64,000 bases of DNA from Eledone cirrhosa (Eukaryota): the NCBI GenBank assembly GCA_964016885.1, contig OZ024741.1:78182001-78246000 (forward strand), given 5' to 3'. Position 1 is the stretch's first letter, and the number at the start of each line of letters is the position of its first letter. The notes beneath the pieces were generated by a model. That model was not told the DNA's origin. It was given only the letters and a program-made list of their open reading frames with translations, and searched no databases. This document shows positions 53,901-64,000 of this stretch, one piece after another. The position numbers were made by a program, and so were the translations under genes.

Positions 53901-55236
53901 TGCTCCTCAAATAAATGTGCAAGTGGCTGAGCATTTTATAGACGTGTACTCAAAATGTAATCCTCAGGGATATCCAGCATGACACAATGTGTGACAAGGC
54001 CAGCCCTTTGAATTACAGGTACAACACATTTTCACAGCTGAGTTGTGTGGAGTGGAGCAACATTAAATTGTGTGTTGCTCAAGGGTACAACACTCTGCTG
54101 CGAATCAAACTCATAACTTTATGATTGTGAGCCAAATACCATAACTACTAAGCCATACACTATCACAGATTATATAATAAGATAAGAATGAATATATAAT
54201 GTATGTTTTACTCAGTACATTTTGTATACAAGTTATTTATGTTCCATCCAATTCAATTGTTTGATTTTCCAACTCATTTTGATCTTCAATTACCTAAGCT
54301 GAAGCAGATTCATATAATCTCAACAGTAACTGTCAACTTGTTCTACCCAGTGCAAGTTATTTTTTTTATATTAATATGTAATAATATAACAACCCTTTAA
54401 CTTATTTCTAATGAGGTTTTTTTTTCAATTGCTTTTGATTTTCTTCAGTTCCTTTTGATATTCTTCAGTTACCCAAGCTTAACCAGATCTTATGTTTTGG
54501 TAATGGCTTTCATCCACTTTGAGTTACTTAATGATAACAACTAGAATTATGCAGGTTCTAATCAAATTTAACACTTTAGCATTTAAACTGGCTGTATCAA
54601 GTTGGTTCTGGCAGAGAATTGTATCAACAGCTTCCACCAGTAATGATAAGGCAGAGGAGAATGAAACTTGCAGATCACTAAGTTTGTCACCATGAGAAGA
54701 TAATTTTTGAGGCAATTTTTCTATGTCTGGATACCCCTCCTGATGCCAACCCGCAGCTTACTTGTAAAAAATATGGTATATACCACTCATTTTCATCAAA
54801 TTCCTGTGCTGCAGGATATATTGTTTATACATGACATAAACAAATGTTACCACTTACTTTAAATGGTGTTGATATGAAGAAGCAGGGAAACATAAACACA
54901 CACACAATCCCCCACACACACACATAACATATATAGATTTAGCTGTAGAAACAAAACTGAATACATGAGTTGATCAATATTTTATTATAGCTGTGAAGCT
55001 ATATCAGAAGTTTTGTGCCAAAGGGCACTTCATGACAGGCATCCTCTGTTTCCATTTTGGATAATAGTTTAAAAAAAAAACAATGAATTAGAAAATAAAA
55101 CAGAATCTTGTTCTAAATCAACAAACTGAAGCATGCACAGTTATTAACCATGCTACAAGGCACTAAACAATAATTACATTAAATTTGAATATATAATCAT
55201 GATGATGAAATGAAATGAATCATGTGGTTAGTAGCC

Positions 55237-55272
<36 letters not shown>

Positions 55273-58200
55273 GAAATATGCAGATGACATTAAGCTGTAC
55301 CTTGAGATAAAATGGACCAATCCTGAACACTATAGATCTTGCCTGCAATCTGACCTGGACACAATGCAACAATGGATCACAGACTGGCAACTCAAGCATT
55401 TTGGGAGTAAAAACCCAGCGGCCACATACTCCCTCCACAACTCTAATATCAAGAAGTCTTCTTGTGAATGTGACCTGGGCATTACGGTCAGCAGCGATTT
55501 GCGTTGGACGAAGCATGTCTCTAAAATTGTCAAGAAGGCCGAGGGTGTCTTAGCATCACTCAGCAAGATCTTTGTCAGCTGCTCTCCAGCTATCTAAACC
55601 CCTATCTTGTTCAGAACATTGACCGCATGGAAACTGTTCAGAGACGTGCAACCAAACGAATACCCTCCATCAGGCATCTACCATACTCTGAATGCCTTGC
55701 TTCCCTGGGCATGGATACATTGAAGCTCCGACGTCTGGCAACTGACTTGGTAAACACTCACAAAATTATCAACCATCTTGCCAACAACAACCCTGAGTAC
55801 CTTTTTGATTTCCATGTGTCTAACACACGTGCGCATGCCCACAAAGTCAGAAAACAGCACAGCTCCCATGACTTTGGTAGAAAATGCATGCACATGCATG
55901 GAAATTTAAATGGTTTAACAGTGAGCAGTTGTAAATCATATAGGGTGTATGTAGGGAGTGTCTACTACAGTTGGGATTTTATATATTCACTCATCATATA
56001 TATTGTTGTTGTTATCAGTATCGGTAGAGCGTCGGACATGCTTTGTGGCATCGCGTTACAGCCCTTTGGGTTCCGATTTCAAATCCAGCCAAGGTTAGCT
56101 TTGCCTTTCAAGATGTAATCGAATTTCCCCCTCCCCCCAAATTGCTGACATTGTGCCTAAATCAGGAACCATTTCATGCTTTCCAGCATAGTTACGTCCC
56201 TTTACGATCTGAGTTCAAATCCCGTCGAGGTTGACTTTGCCTTTCATCCTTACGGGGTCGATAAAATAAAGTACCAGTAATGCACTGGGTAATTGCTGGC
56301 CTTGTGCCTAAAGTAGAAACAATTATTATTATTATTGTATTGGCAGAAGCATTAGAATGTCATAACATTTTGCAGCATCTGGTTATCTCCCTTTACATTC
56401 TAAGTTATAATTTAATTAACTTTCCCTTCCCTCAAATTGTTATCCTTGTGCCTGTAAACATTATTGTTATTATTATTTTGTTTGTTCCTTTTCTCAGTTT
56501 ATCTAAAAAAATTTCAAAATCTTTTTTCTTTTCTATATTTCAGGCATTGGACCGGATTCCTTTAATCCGAGCCATCATCAACTTGGTTATTAATTTTATA
56601 GTAGACAATGTTGCTGACTGGATTTTATCTCGAGGTGGATGGGTGAGTAGAAACTCTTGAACTTTTAGTAAAATAGGGTGATTGGGAGGTTGCCATTTCC
56701 AGGTTGACTGTTGGGGTTGGTGAGTCTTATCTAATCAGTAGCATCACAAATGAATGGGGTTCAATTCCTCATACTGGCTGATGGCAACATCTTTTTCCAT
56801 CTTTTAAAAGTCTTCACCCTATTTTATAGCATTTATGCACTTGAGCACATTATCTTTATACTTATATATATGTATATGGAGGCACATGGCTTAGTGGTTA
56901 GAGCATTGGCCTTGCAATCGAAAGGTTGTGAGTTCAATTCTCAGACCAGGTGATGTGTTGTTTCCTTGAGCAAGACACTTTATTTCACATTGCTCCAGTT
57001 TACTCAGCTGTAGAAATGAGATGATAGGGGCTGGGGTCCCTATCATTCCACTGCAAAGTGGTCGTGGAGGTGCCACGGTAAAAAAGCACCCAGCACTCAC
57101 TGTAAATGAGGTTGGTGTTAGGAAGGGCATCCAGCTGTAGAAACCTAGCCAGAATCAGTTCCTGTCCCACCCTTGCAAGCAGGGAAAAGCGGACATAAAA
57201 TGATGATGATGATGATGATGATGATATATGTTTAAATTTGGTGGTCACCACTGGGTAGAATTGGTCACTCTGCAATGTTAATCATGATGTAATGGTAGGA
57301 AAAAACTCAACATTATGCAACTCATCCCTCTTTGATATTGAATCCTGCTGGTGGTGCAGAGTTAAATATATTATAGAGTTAAATATATTATAGAGTTAAA
57401 TATATTATAGAGTTAAATATATTATAGAGTTAAATATATTATAAAGTAAAATGACAGGAGGCCAGGGAGGTTGAATTCCCTTAATTATTTATTTCTGCAA
57501 ACACTATGCTTATTTCAGTGGCCAGGTTGTGTAAGAACCTAGTGATCTCTTCAGGTGTATATTGCATAATAGTTGTTTAACAAAGAAATGATGATAAACA
57601 CATTCCAGGAGGCTTTAAGGAAAAAAACAGAAGAAAAAAAAAGTTTTGTTTTTGACTTGGAGACGATCGTGGTAGCCTGTGTTATTTTGGCTCATCGTCT
57701 CAACCTGGCCACTGAAAGGTACATAGTATTTGCAGAAATAAATAAGGGAATTCAACCTGCTTGGCCTCCTGTCATTTTACTTTATAATATATATATATAT
57801 GTGTGTGTGTGTATTTATATATATAACAGGAGGCACGACTGGTGATTTTCCTTTAAAGTTTTATTGTTGCAAAACTACTATCCAGTGGTGATTCCCTAAA
57901 CATAAATGAATATCATCATCATGCAGGGCACAATTAATCTCTCAGCAGGGGCGGGTCCTGCCTGACTCACTCCTTAGCATCTTGCTCTATGTGTTTCTTT
58001 CACTTTGGCCAGGCTGAGCCTAGCTTGATCCTGACGGCCATCCTCCATCCAAGTCCCTTTTGGTTTTCTTGGGCCTCTATTGCCTCCTGGATCGACATTC
58101 ATTGCTTTGCTGATCCAGACAAAGCATGTCGAATAGAATGGACATAGCTCTGGTCGTTTTACCACTCTCTCAATAGCCAATTAAGTTTGTATTATTAAAA

Positions 58201-61200
58201 TTCAAACTCTGCTTGCCAGAGTGCACACTTTTGTTAATCAGTGAGGAAGATCACTTTGTGTGGGTAAGATGTTTAGGTACCTGGACTGCTGCAACAGTTT
58301 CTGCGGTTCCGATCTGCTGGCAGTGTTCTGAAAGGAGCGGCCATGTCCAGAATATTATGTAATGATAGTACACATTATGTAATTTGGCTTAGGACAAGTT
58401 CGTCAGCAGAAGTTCGCCTCTCTCTCTGATTGTAAGACAAAACTGACGTGCAACCATGTTCAGTTGCTAGTGGCAAATGACTGTACTAGTAAACCCTCTA
58501 GTGACACGTGACGTCACATCGAAGAGAAGATAACCCAAGCCTGACCATTTACAGGGATAAACGTTGGTAAAAAACTTCACATTAAAAAAATATAATGATT
58601 ACGAAAAGCACTCTACCAGTGTGCTTTCAAATACAACAACAAATACAGTAGAGGAAACAATAAAAAATAGATCGAACTAGGTAAATAGAGTGAGAAAGTT
58701 CAAATAACAGTTTAATCCTTTAGCATTTACATAACTTTATATTTTCACAACAAAGTCTTTTTCTTACATAATTATCTCACATAATATCGAATCTATGAAA
58801 TTTTGATACTATTTATTTTGAGAACAATACCTTAACATCAGTATGAGTGGCCGGTTACAGCCAGTTTGAACAAAAAGAGATGAGAGAAGTCTGGCCAGAT
58901 ACAGCCAGTTTAAATGCTAAAGGGTTAAATGCAGTATACTTCATCATCATCATCATCATCATCATTTTACGTCCGCTTTTCCCTGCTTGCAAGGGTGGGA
59001 CGGGTCTTATTCAGCACAGCATCTCTCCACTCGTCACGGTCCCTCGTCATCTCCACCGTGAGCTTCAATGATCTGAGGTCTGTTCTCACCACCTCCGCCC
59101 ATGTTTTTCGTGGTCTACCTCTACCACGTCTTCCTTCAACTGGCATTTTCTGGCACTTCTTCACCCATCGGTCATCCTCCATGCGCATCACATGTCCATA
59201 CCACCTCAGTCTCCTCTCCCGTACACTACATTCTATCCCTCTCAGACACAGTTTCTCTCTCAACACATTTATGCTGGGTCGTTCACGCACATTTACACTG
59301 CACATCCAACGGAGCATGCTTGCCTCATTTCTCTCCAGCCGTCGCATATCTTCTGCGGTAGCTGCCCATGTCTCACTACCATGCAGCATCGCGCTCCTCA
59401 CACAGGCATCATACAACCGGCCTTTCGTACGCAGGGAGAAACCCTTCTTCGTCAACAGAGGAAGCAGCTCCCTAAACTTCTTCCAACCCGTCCTTATTCT
59501 AGATACTATGGCCTCGGAACACCCTCCTCCCATGCTAATCTGATCTCCTAGGTACCGGAAGCTATCCACCACTTCTATAGCGCCCTCTCGCATTTGAAAA
59601 ATGTGTCTATCAGTGCGACTTCTACTGTCTAATTTCCCTGTACATCTACTGCATACATATTTCTCCCTACCTGTTAGTTTGCCTGCTATCCCGCTACATC
59701 TCTTGTGTACCCAGGACCTACATTGTGTGCATTTTATAGAATTTATGCCAGTTCCTTTTCTGCATATCGAACATGGCCATTTCCCTGACGGAATCAGGGT
59801 TTTGTCCTCTTTTCTACTCATCAACACTTTTGTCTTAGCTAGATTTACTCTCAGTCCTCTTGCTTCCAACTGCTGTTTCCATAGCCGGAATTTATTCTCT
59901 AGCTCCTCTATTGATTCTGCCATAAGAGCCAGATCGTCAGCATAGAGAAGTTCCCATGGACAGCCAGTCTTAAACTCCTCTGTTATGGCTTGGAGGACTA
60001 TAATGAACAAGAGCGGGCTGAGGACCGAACCCTGATGTACTCCTACTTGTATCTGGAATTCCTCACTAAACTCCATTCCTACCCTGACTTTACTGAGAGT
60101 ACCTCTGTACAAAGTTTGCACTGTCCTTACAAGCCATTCCTCAACACCCAGCTTCCTTAGGGACCACCAGATGACAGATCGGGGTACCCTATCAAAGGCC
60201 TTCTCTAGGTCAACAAAGGCTAAGTATAGTGGCTTATTCTTCTCTAAGAACCTCTCTTGCATTTGTCTCACCAAGAAGAGGGCATCTGTTGTACTCTTGC
60301 CAGGCACAAAACCAAACTGCATCTCATCTAGTTTGACCCTTTCTCTAATTAGTTGTGCTAAAATCCTTTCTGCCACTTTCATAACCTGATCTATCAGTTT
60401 TATACCCCTATAATTGCTCCTCTCCAAAGCATCCCCTTTACCTTTGTAGCAATTTATGAGAATACTGCTGCACCAGTCTTTGGGTATGACACCACCATAT
60501 ATAGCCTGATTGATTATGCGTGCAACCAGTTTAGTGCCTACGTCCCCTGATGCCTTCAGCATCTCAGCAACTATTCCCGATGGTCCGGCCGCCTTACCAT
60601 TCTTCATTTCCCTAATCGCCTCTTGGACCCTATATTCGTCAATCTCAATAGCTGGTCCCTCTGTCGGATCTACCAAGGGTAATTTCTCTCTCTCCCATTC
60701 GTTCTCCACATTCATCAGTCTCTCATAATAGCTGGTCCCTCTGTCGGATCTACCAAGGGTAATTTCTCTCTCTCCCATTCGTTCTCCACATTCATCAGTC
60801 TCTCATAATGACATTTCCAGGCCTCCTTTTTCTGGTCATTCGTGACACTAAGTACACCGGCATCATCCCGGACACATTTATCACCAACAACATCCTGATT
60901 TGCATTGACACACTGCCTTGCAATGTGGAACACCGCACGCCTCTGATCTTCCCGTCGCAGAACATTGGCAAACCTCCTACTCTCTGCCTCCCTGCGTGCT
61001 AAGTACACCTGGCGTCTAGCTTCTCTCTTAGTGGCTGTATATTCTTCCCTACTCCCACCCTTATTCCAAGCCTTCCATGCTAGTCTTTTGTCTCTAATAG
61101 CCTTATCTACACTGCTGTTCCACCACCAGGTCACTCTCTGTCTGGTTGGAGCTCTGCTCCAGCCACAGGTTTCATCAGTAGCCTTCAGCAAGTTGTCACG

Positions 61201-62313
61201 TAAGAACTTCCAGTTATTATCTATGTCATACGTCTCTAAATCGTCTTCTTTTTCGTCATATACATCTTGAAGGGCTTTCCTAAATTTGAATTTTAGTGAA
61301 AGGTCTTTTAGCTTCCAGACCTTTCTTCTCCACACCTTCCTATATGTCTCATTCCATCTCTTGCTTACTGAGATATCACTAACAACTAACCTATGCTGTG
61401 GGGTACATTCTTCCCCAGGGTATGCCTTGGTATTAGACACTATCTGCCTGTCCCGCTGCCTAACTAGCAGGAAGTCAATCTGGCTTATGTGCTCACCAGA
61501 TTTGTAGGTTATTAGGTGATTGGCAGGTTTCTGGAAGTTTGTGTTGCAAATAGTCAATGTACTTGCATCACAAAATTCAAGAAGTCTCACTCCTTCTTCA
61601 TTTCTTGAACCATAACCGTGCCCACCATGTACCCCAGTGTAACCATCCTGGAGCTGTCCAACATGACCATTGAAGTCTCCTGCTAGCATAACGATGTCTC
61701 CGTCCTCTGTCATTGTGGTTGTTTGCAAAAGTTGCTCATAAAAGCAGTCTTTCTCATCTTTGCCTAGGCCTGCTTGGGGAGCATAGACCGAGATGATTGT
61801 CAGTAGTCTCCTACCTACAACTAATCTAAGCTTAAATATTCGATTACTAACTCGAACTACCTCTATTGTCTTATTGATCCATTTCTCAGCCAGGAAAATG
61901 CCTACTCCCCCTAACCCATCATCCTTACCTACCCAGAATAGCTTATAGCTAAGACGCTTGCCTACGACTAGTCTCGCAGAGGCACCTCTCCATCTCACCT
62001 CTTGCACGCAGCACACATCCACCTGCCTTCTCTCCAGCATCTCCGCTATTTCAGCAGCTCTACCTCTGAGAGTGCCAACATTAAGTGTTGCAACTCTGAG
62101 ATGCGATGTCTTCATATTTTTCTATGCTGTTTTGTTGCTGTGCTGATAAGCTTTTTGGCATTGATACACTGGTTGGATGCCCTTCCTAACACCAGCGCCA
62201 CTTTACAGCATGGACTGGGTGCTTTTATTTGTGCCACCAGCACTAGAGAGGATGTCTTACTAGACTCAAGGGCCCTCTCTACCTCTCCATTTTACAGCAT
62301 GGTCATTTAAAAA

Positions 62314-62347
<34 letters not shown>

Positions 62348-62877
62348 TTCTCAACACTTAAAAGCCTGAGAATTCAGCTTATGTACATTAGTTATCATCA
62401 TTAGTTATCATCATCATCATATCACTGTTTAACATCCATTTTTCCATGTTAGCATGTGTTAGACAAGTTGTCCTGTTGTGAGAGACAAGCCAGGTCAGAT
62501 GACCTAGTGGAGGCCTAAGTATCGTCCCACTTCTCTGCTTTTTCACTACCAAACTCTCCATGCTTGTTTCATTCTGAACACATGAGAAGGCAATGAAAAA
62601 AAATTGAATTTAACACATTCTTGGAACTCAACTGTGGACTGTTTATTGCTGACAACACAGACCACTACAAGAGTCTTCAGATTCCATATTTTACCATTTA
62701 GTTTCTTTATTGTTATTTTATCCTTTTTGTACGTTCACAATTTCCATTATTTTCTTTCAATTGCAGGAAGCCATCGTGGAATATTTTGGCACTCCAAAGA
62801 GGCAGGCCTTTGGCGTATTAATAGCTGGTCTTTTTATTAGTGCTGGAGTTTATGTTTGGAAGACTTTGGGTGATTAA
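30931..62877 (+). CDS. BAX: Bax-like Bcl-2 family gene (spliced). join(30931-30949 [candidate],39415-39561,41491-41575,45722-45854,56544-56642,62767-62877) = 594 nt, 197 aa
   Basis: Exons join in compatible phases (1,1,2,0,0) with GT-AG ends. Translation: MSDTTEESPKKKLDRDDVGNQARCLLNQFIHDRMENEGFENPLQESNLIEPDTPTGPPMSQLEEIGRALRCIGDELDGDQRLQELVSRVEPEDIPNTFVNVANAIVSVNLTWDIVVRLFYLAYKMAIKALDRIPLIRAIINLVINFIVDNVADWILSRGGWEAIVEYFGTPKRQAFGVLIAGLFISAGVYVWKTLGD. BH3 LRCIGDELD, BH2 WILSRGGW and YFGTP plus a hydrophobic tail match Bax. Orthologue versus paralogue is unresolved. Confidence 0.88.
31372..31640 (+). mobile_element. Decayed tRNA/CORE SINE
   Basis: Degenerate A and B boxes plus cttgagcaaaatacttcatttcacattg. 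Similar relics at 9030-9135, 54020-54160 and 63270-63500 (minus strand). Confidence 0.6.
31710..32110. repeat. Degenerate ~100 bp tandem repeat, about 4 units
   Basis: gatattggtgactataa...tagaaatatgttc recurs at about 31720, 31820, 31930 and 32035. Confidence 0.65.
32400..32878. mobile_element. TTAA-flanked (piggyBac-type) MITE family 2 with internal duplication and nested SINE
   Basis: ttaacccttttgttacc start is repeated at 32531. SINE piece at 32660-32785. Relatives at 34153-34962, 45311-45555 and about 9660-9873. Confidence 0.55.
34264..34885 (-). mobile_element. Non-autonomous Helitron nested in a TTAA MITE
   Basis: On the minus strand: A|TC 5' end, CTAG|T 3' end, and a subterminal hairpin cgtgaccc-att-gggtcacg (34274-34292). 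No TSD. The host MITE resumes on both sides. Confidence 0.75.
35368..35569. mobile_element. piggyBac-type MITE family 1 (~200 bp)
   Basis: TTAA-CCCTTTAGCATTTA...TAAATGCTAAAGGG-TTAA. Inverted copies at 40934-41144 and 58712-58928. Confidence 0.8.
37892..38570 (-). mobile_element. Mariner transposon relic, internally deleted
   Basis: HTH region VSGAKIHQRL..SVYEW, linker ARWVPTEL (WVPHEL) and IVKGDE (first catalytic D). TA-cgaggataagtcaaaaatt TIR-like end at 37892. Confidence 0.85.
39415..39561 (+). CDS. BAX: Bax-like exon: helix 1 region (SPKKKLDRDDVGNQARCLLNQFIHDRM...PDTPT)
   Basis: Acceptor ttttctttctgcag, donor g|gtaaga, 147 nt, phase 1/1. LLNQFIHDR resembles Bax helix 1 LLQGFIQDR. Confidence 0.85.
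39744..39836. repeat. Compound (GAT)n(GGT)n(CGT)n microsatellite at an RTE-tail remnant
   Basis: Direct reading. Followed by tttaacgttcgttttccacgcttgcatg, the RTE tail in reverse. Confidence 0.85.
39981..40560. repeat. Unclassified ~580 bp interspersed repeat
   Basis: Partial tandem copy at 40590-40770 and a diverged copy at 58134-58712 (tagaatggaca...gtgaggaagat...gtgggtaaga...cctgaccatttacag). Confidence 0.7.
41491..41575 (+). CDS. BAX: Bax-like exon: BH3 (GPPMSQLEEIGRALRCIGDELDGDQRLQ)
   Basis: Acceptor tttgatgcag, donor ga|gtaagt, 85 nt, phase 1/2. Canonical LxxIGDELD. Absent from the ORF track. Confidence 0.93.
43065..44731 (+). mobile_element. RTE LINE, family B, 5'-truncated, intronic
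   Basis: RT 3' half with one frameshift near 43225, PHD, C-terminus, duplicated 3'UTR module and (GAT)n tail. Confidence 0.95.
45722..45854 (+). CDS. BAX: Bax-like exon: helices 3-5 with divergent BH1 (LVSRVEPEDIPNTFVNVANAIVSVNLTWDIVVRLFYLAYKMAIK)
   Basis: Acceptor ttctcttacag, donor aag|gtgagt, 133 nt, phase 2/0. Aligns with the BAX exon ending VVALFYFASKLVLK. Confidence 0.9.
46526..50215 (-). mobile_element. RTE LINE, family B, near full length, frameshifted, intronic antisense
   Basis: ORF pieces 49774-50142, 49308-49868, 47353-49278 and 47064-47363. The 5'UTR matches 16715-16825. (ATC)n tail at 46526. Confidence 0.95.
52725..53583. mobile_element. Two short RTE 3'-module elements in opposite orientation (52725-53010 minus, 53250-53583 plus)
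   Basis: Both carry ggtgttaggaagggcatc..gc and the family A tail ccatgctag.gtgg..(gat)n. Confidence 0.75.
55271..55880 (+). mobile_element. CR1-clade LINE RT 3' fragment with internal deletions
   Basis: KYADDIKLY..LQSDLD..W..DWQL, DLGITVSSDLRW, ETVQRRATKRIP, LKLRRLATDL, TRAH. Confidence 0.9.
56020..56335 (+). mobile_element. Second tRNA-type SINE family (nested pieces) with (TAT)n tail
   Basis: B box gagttcaaatc, core gttgactttgcctttcatccttacggggtcgataaaataaagtaccag. Minus-strand relatives at 32660-32785, 33676-33830 and 41840-42360. Confidence 0.7.
56544..56642 (+). CDS. BAX: Bax-like exon: helix 6 and BH2 (ALDRIPLIRAIINLVINFIVDNVADWILSRGGW)
   Basis: Acceptor ttctatatttcag, donor tgg|gtgagt, 99 nt, phase 0/0. 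The intron after GGW is the conserved Bcl-2 family position. Confidence 0.93.
56878..57225 (+). mobile_element. tRNA-derived CORE-type SINE with RTE-derived 3' half
   Basis: Same structure as 25824-26167. Ends acccttgcaagcagggaaaagcggacataaaa(tga)n. Confidence 0.88.
57358..57792. mobile_element. MITE with ~90 bp terminal inverted repeats (57434-57792), preceded by five 17 bp tandem repeats
   Basis: atattataaagtaaaatgacaggaggcca...cagtggccaggttg pairs with caacctggccactg...tggcctcctgtcattttactttataatat. (agagttaaatatattat)x5 lies at the left end. Confidence 0.8.
58941..62250 (-). mobile_element. RTE LINE, family C, full length, single frameshift from an 80 bp tandem duplication
   Basis: ORFs 60715-62115 and 58967-60778 join into one 1022 aa APE-RT(PHD) ORF if one 80 bp unit is removed. 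Short 3'UTR and (ATG)n tail. Confidence 0.95.
62767..62877 (+). CDS. BAX: Bax-like last coding exon: C-terminal membrane anchor (EAIVEYFGTPKRQAFGVLIAGLFISAGVYVWKTLGD*)
   Basis: Acceptor tttctttcaattgcag, TAA at 62875-62877. YFGTP plus a hydrophobic helix and WK, as in Bax helix 9. Confidence 0.92.
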   Translation, partial: EAIVEYFGTPKRQAFGVLIAGLFISAGVYVWKTLGD

Positions 62878-63230
62878 AACAAACCTAATCTACTTAGAAA
62901 AAATTAAAAAAGAAGAAAAATTATGATAAACGTCTAAAATTTGGCCCAGCATGGAAAATAAAACAAAAAAAAAAATGGACGATAATGGAACAGAAAACAA
63001 GACAAAATATGCCCCTCCCTCCTCGGTGGTTTGTGCAGGAAATTTTATGAATTTTTTTGTATTTTTTTTTTTCCAAATTCATTATTTTTCCTCTTGTAAT
63101 TTATTCTGTTTTCTTTTTTCTTTCCTTTCACTCCCCTTCTGCACTATCACGCTTCATTCATTTTCAACTATCTGTCTCTTTCTCTCTTCTTTCCTCCTCT
63201 TCAGTCTCACACAGTACATTGAATCCATGA

Positions 63231-63250
63231 AATAAAAAAAATAAATAAAA
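63231..63250 (+). promoter_or_regulatory. Candidate polyadenylation signals of the Bax-like gene
   Basis: Clustered AATAAA hexamers about 350 nt after the stop codon. The A-rich context makes this weak. Confidence 0.3.
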
Positions 63251-64000
63251 AAAAGTTAAAGTCTGTCTGAAGCCTCGAGGCTAGAGCTTATCCTGATTTC
63301 ATTGGAGTTGAACAACTGAAAATACATGACTTCCTCTTGACAGGATGCAAGTCTGTCGCAGGACTAACCTTTAACAGCAGCTGGTACTAATTGTTTCAGT
63401 GAAATGGAGCTATGTGAAATGAAGTGTCTTGCTCAAGGACATAATGGGCCCCTTGGTCTGGGAGTAAAACCCATGAGCCCAACACCCTAACCACTAGGCA
63501 TTGAAATTTAAAAAAAATAGCACCTCTACCCTCCCAAACAACTTCTCCCACATTAAAAAAGAAAAAAAAATGGTAAAGGAACCAAGATGAAAAAAAGAAA
63601 GAAAGGAAGACTCATTTTCGTTACTTGTTTTCTTAATAATTTAAGGAAAAATAATCTCTGCTGATTTCATTTAAAAAAAACAAAACAAATAATCTGTTTG
63701 ACAATTTTTACACGATATATAATTATTTTTTCTGATTTTTAGGGGGTAAGAAAGAAAAAGAATAAGTTCCGATATTTTGATACATTTTTGCTTATTTTTT
63801 TTTTTTGTGTTTTTATTATTTTTTTTTGTCTTATTATTATTAGTTTTATTAGTATTGTTTGTGTTTTTGTTTATTGTGTGTATTTGTTTGCATGACATCT
63901 AAACCTTTTTCCTTTTTGAAGGGATTAACAGAATCTTTAGTGTTGGACAAAATGCTTGCGCTATTTTGTACCAGCTCTTTATGTTCTGGGTTCAAATCCC

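Noticed and set aside
41576-56543. Alternative BH1 exon carrying canonical NWGR
   Set aside because: None found by eye in these introns or in the ORF track. A computational six-frame search should confirm.
56878-56950. tRNA gene
   Set aside because: A and B boxes are present but the sequence continues into CORE and LINE tail, with no proper acceptor stem. It is a SINE head (likewise 26095-26167).
57358-57443. CRISPR-like repeat array
   Set aside because: 17 bp units are directly adjacent with no spacers, in eukaryotic context, with no cas genes.

Overview
AT-rich, repeat-dense animal genomic DNA. The repeat repertoire (RTE LINEs with (GAT)n tails, tRNA/CORE-type SINEs, long (TA)n/TATG arrays) looks like a coleoid cephalopod, probably Octopus; this is inference. 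The one host gene is a + strand Bax-like Bcl-2 family gene. It has five clear coding exons (39415-39561, 41491-41575, 45722-45854, 56544-56642, 62767-62877) and a candidate ATG exon (30931-30949), giving about 197 aa. BH3, BH2 and the TM tail are intact and three intron positions match vertebrate BAX, but the BH1 NWGR signature reads TWDI. The rest is mobile DNA: nine RTE LINE copies or fragments from three families, with a C4HC3 PHD finger inside the RT of the ORF-bearing copies; a tandem Naiad-type Penelope-like GIY-YIG relic; four minimal hammerhead ribozymes within 4 kb; a bipartite non-autonomous RTE derivative; CR1 and mariner relics; a Helitron; TTAA MITEs; fold-back elements; and SINEs. 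The most notable points are the altered BH1, whose Asp codon is one A-to-I edit from Gly, and an inverted RTE pair that encloses exactly that exon. All alignments and identities were judged by eye.
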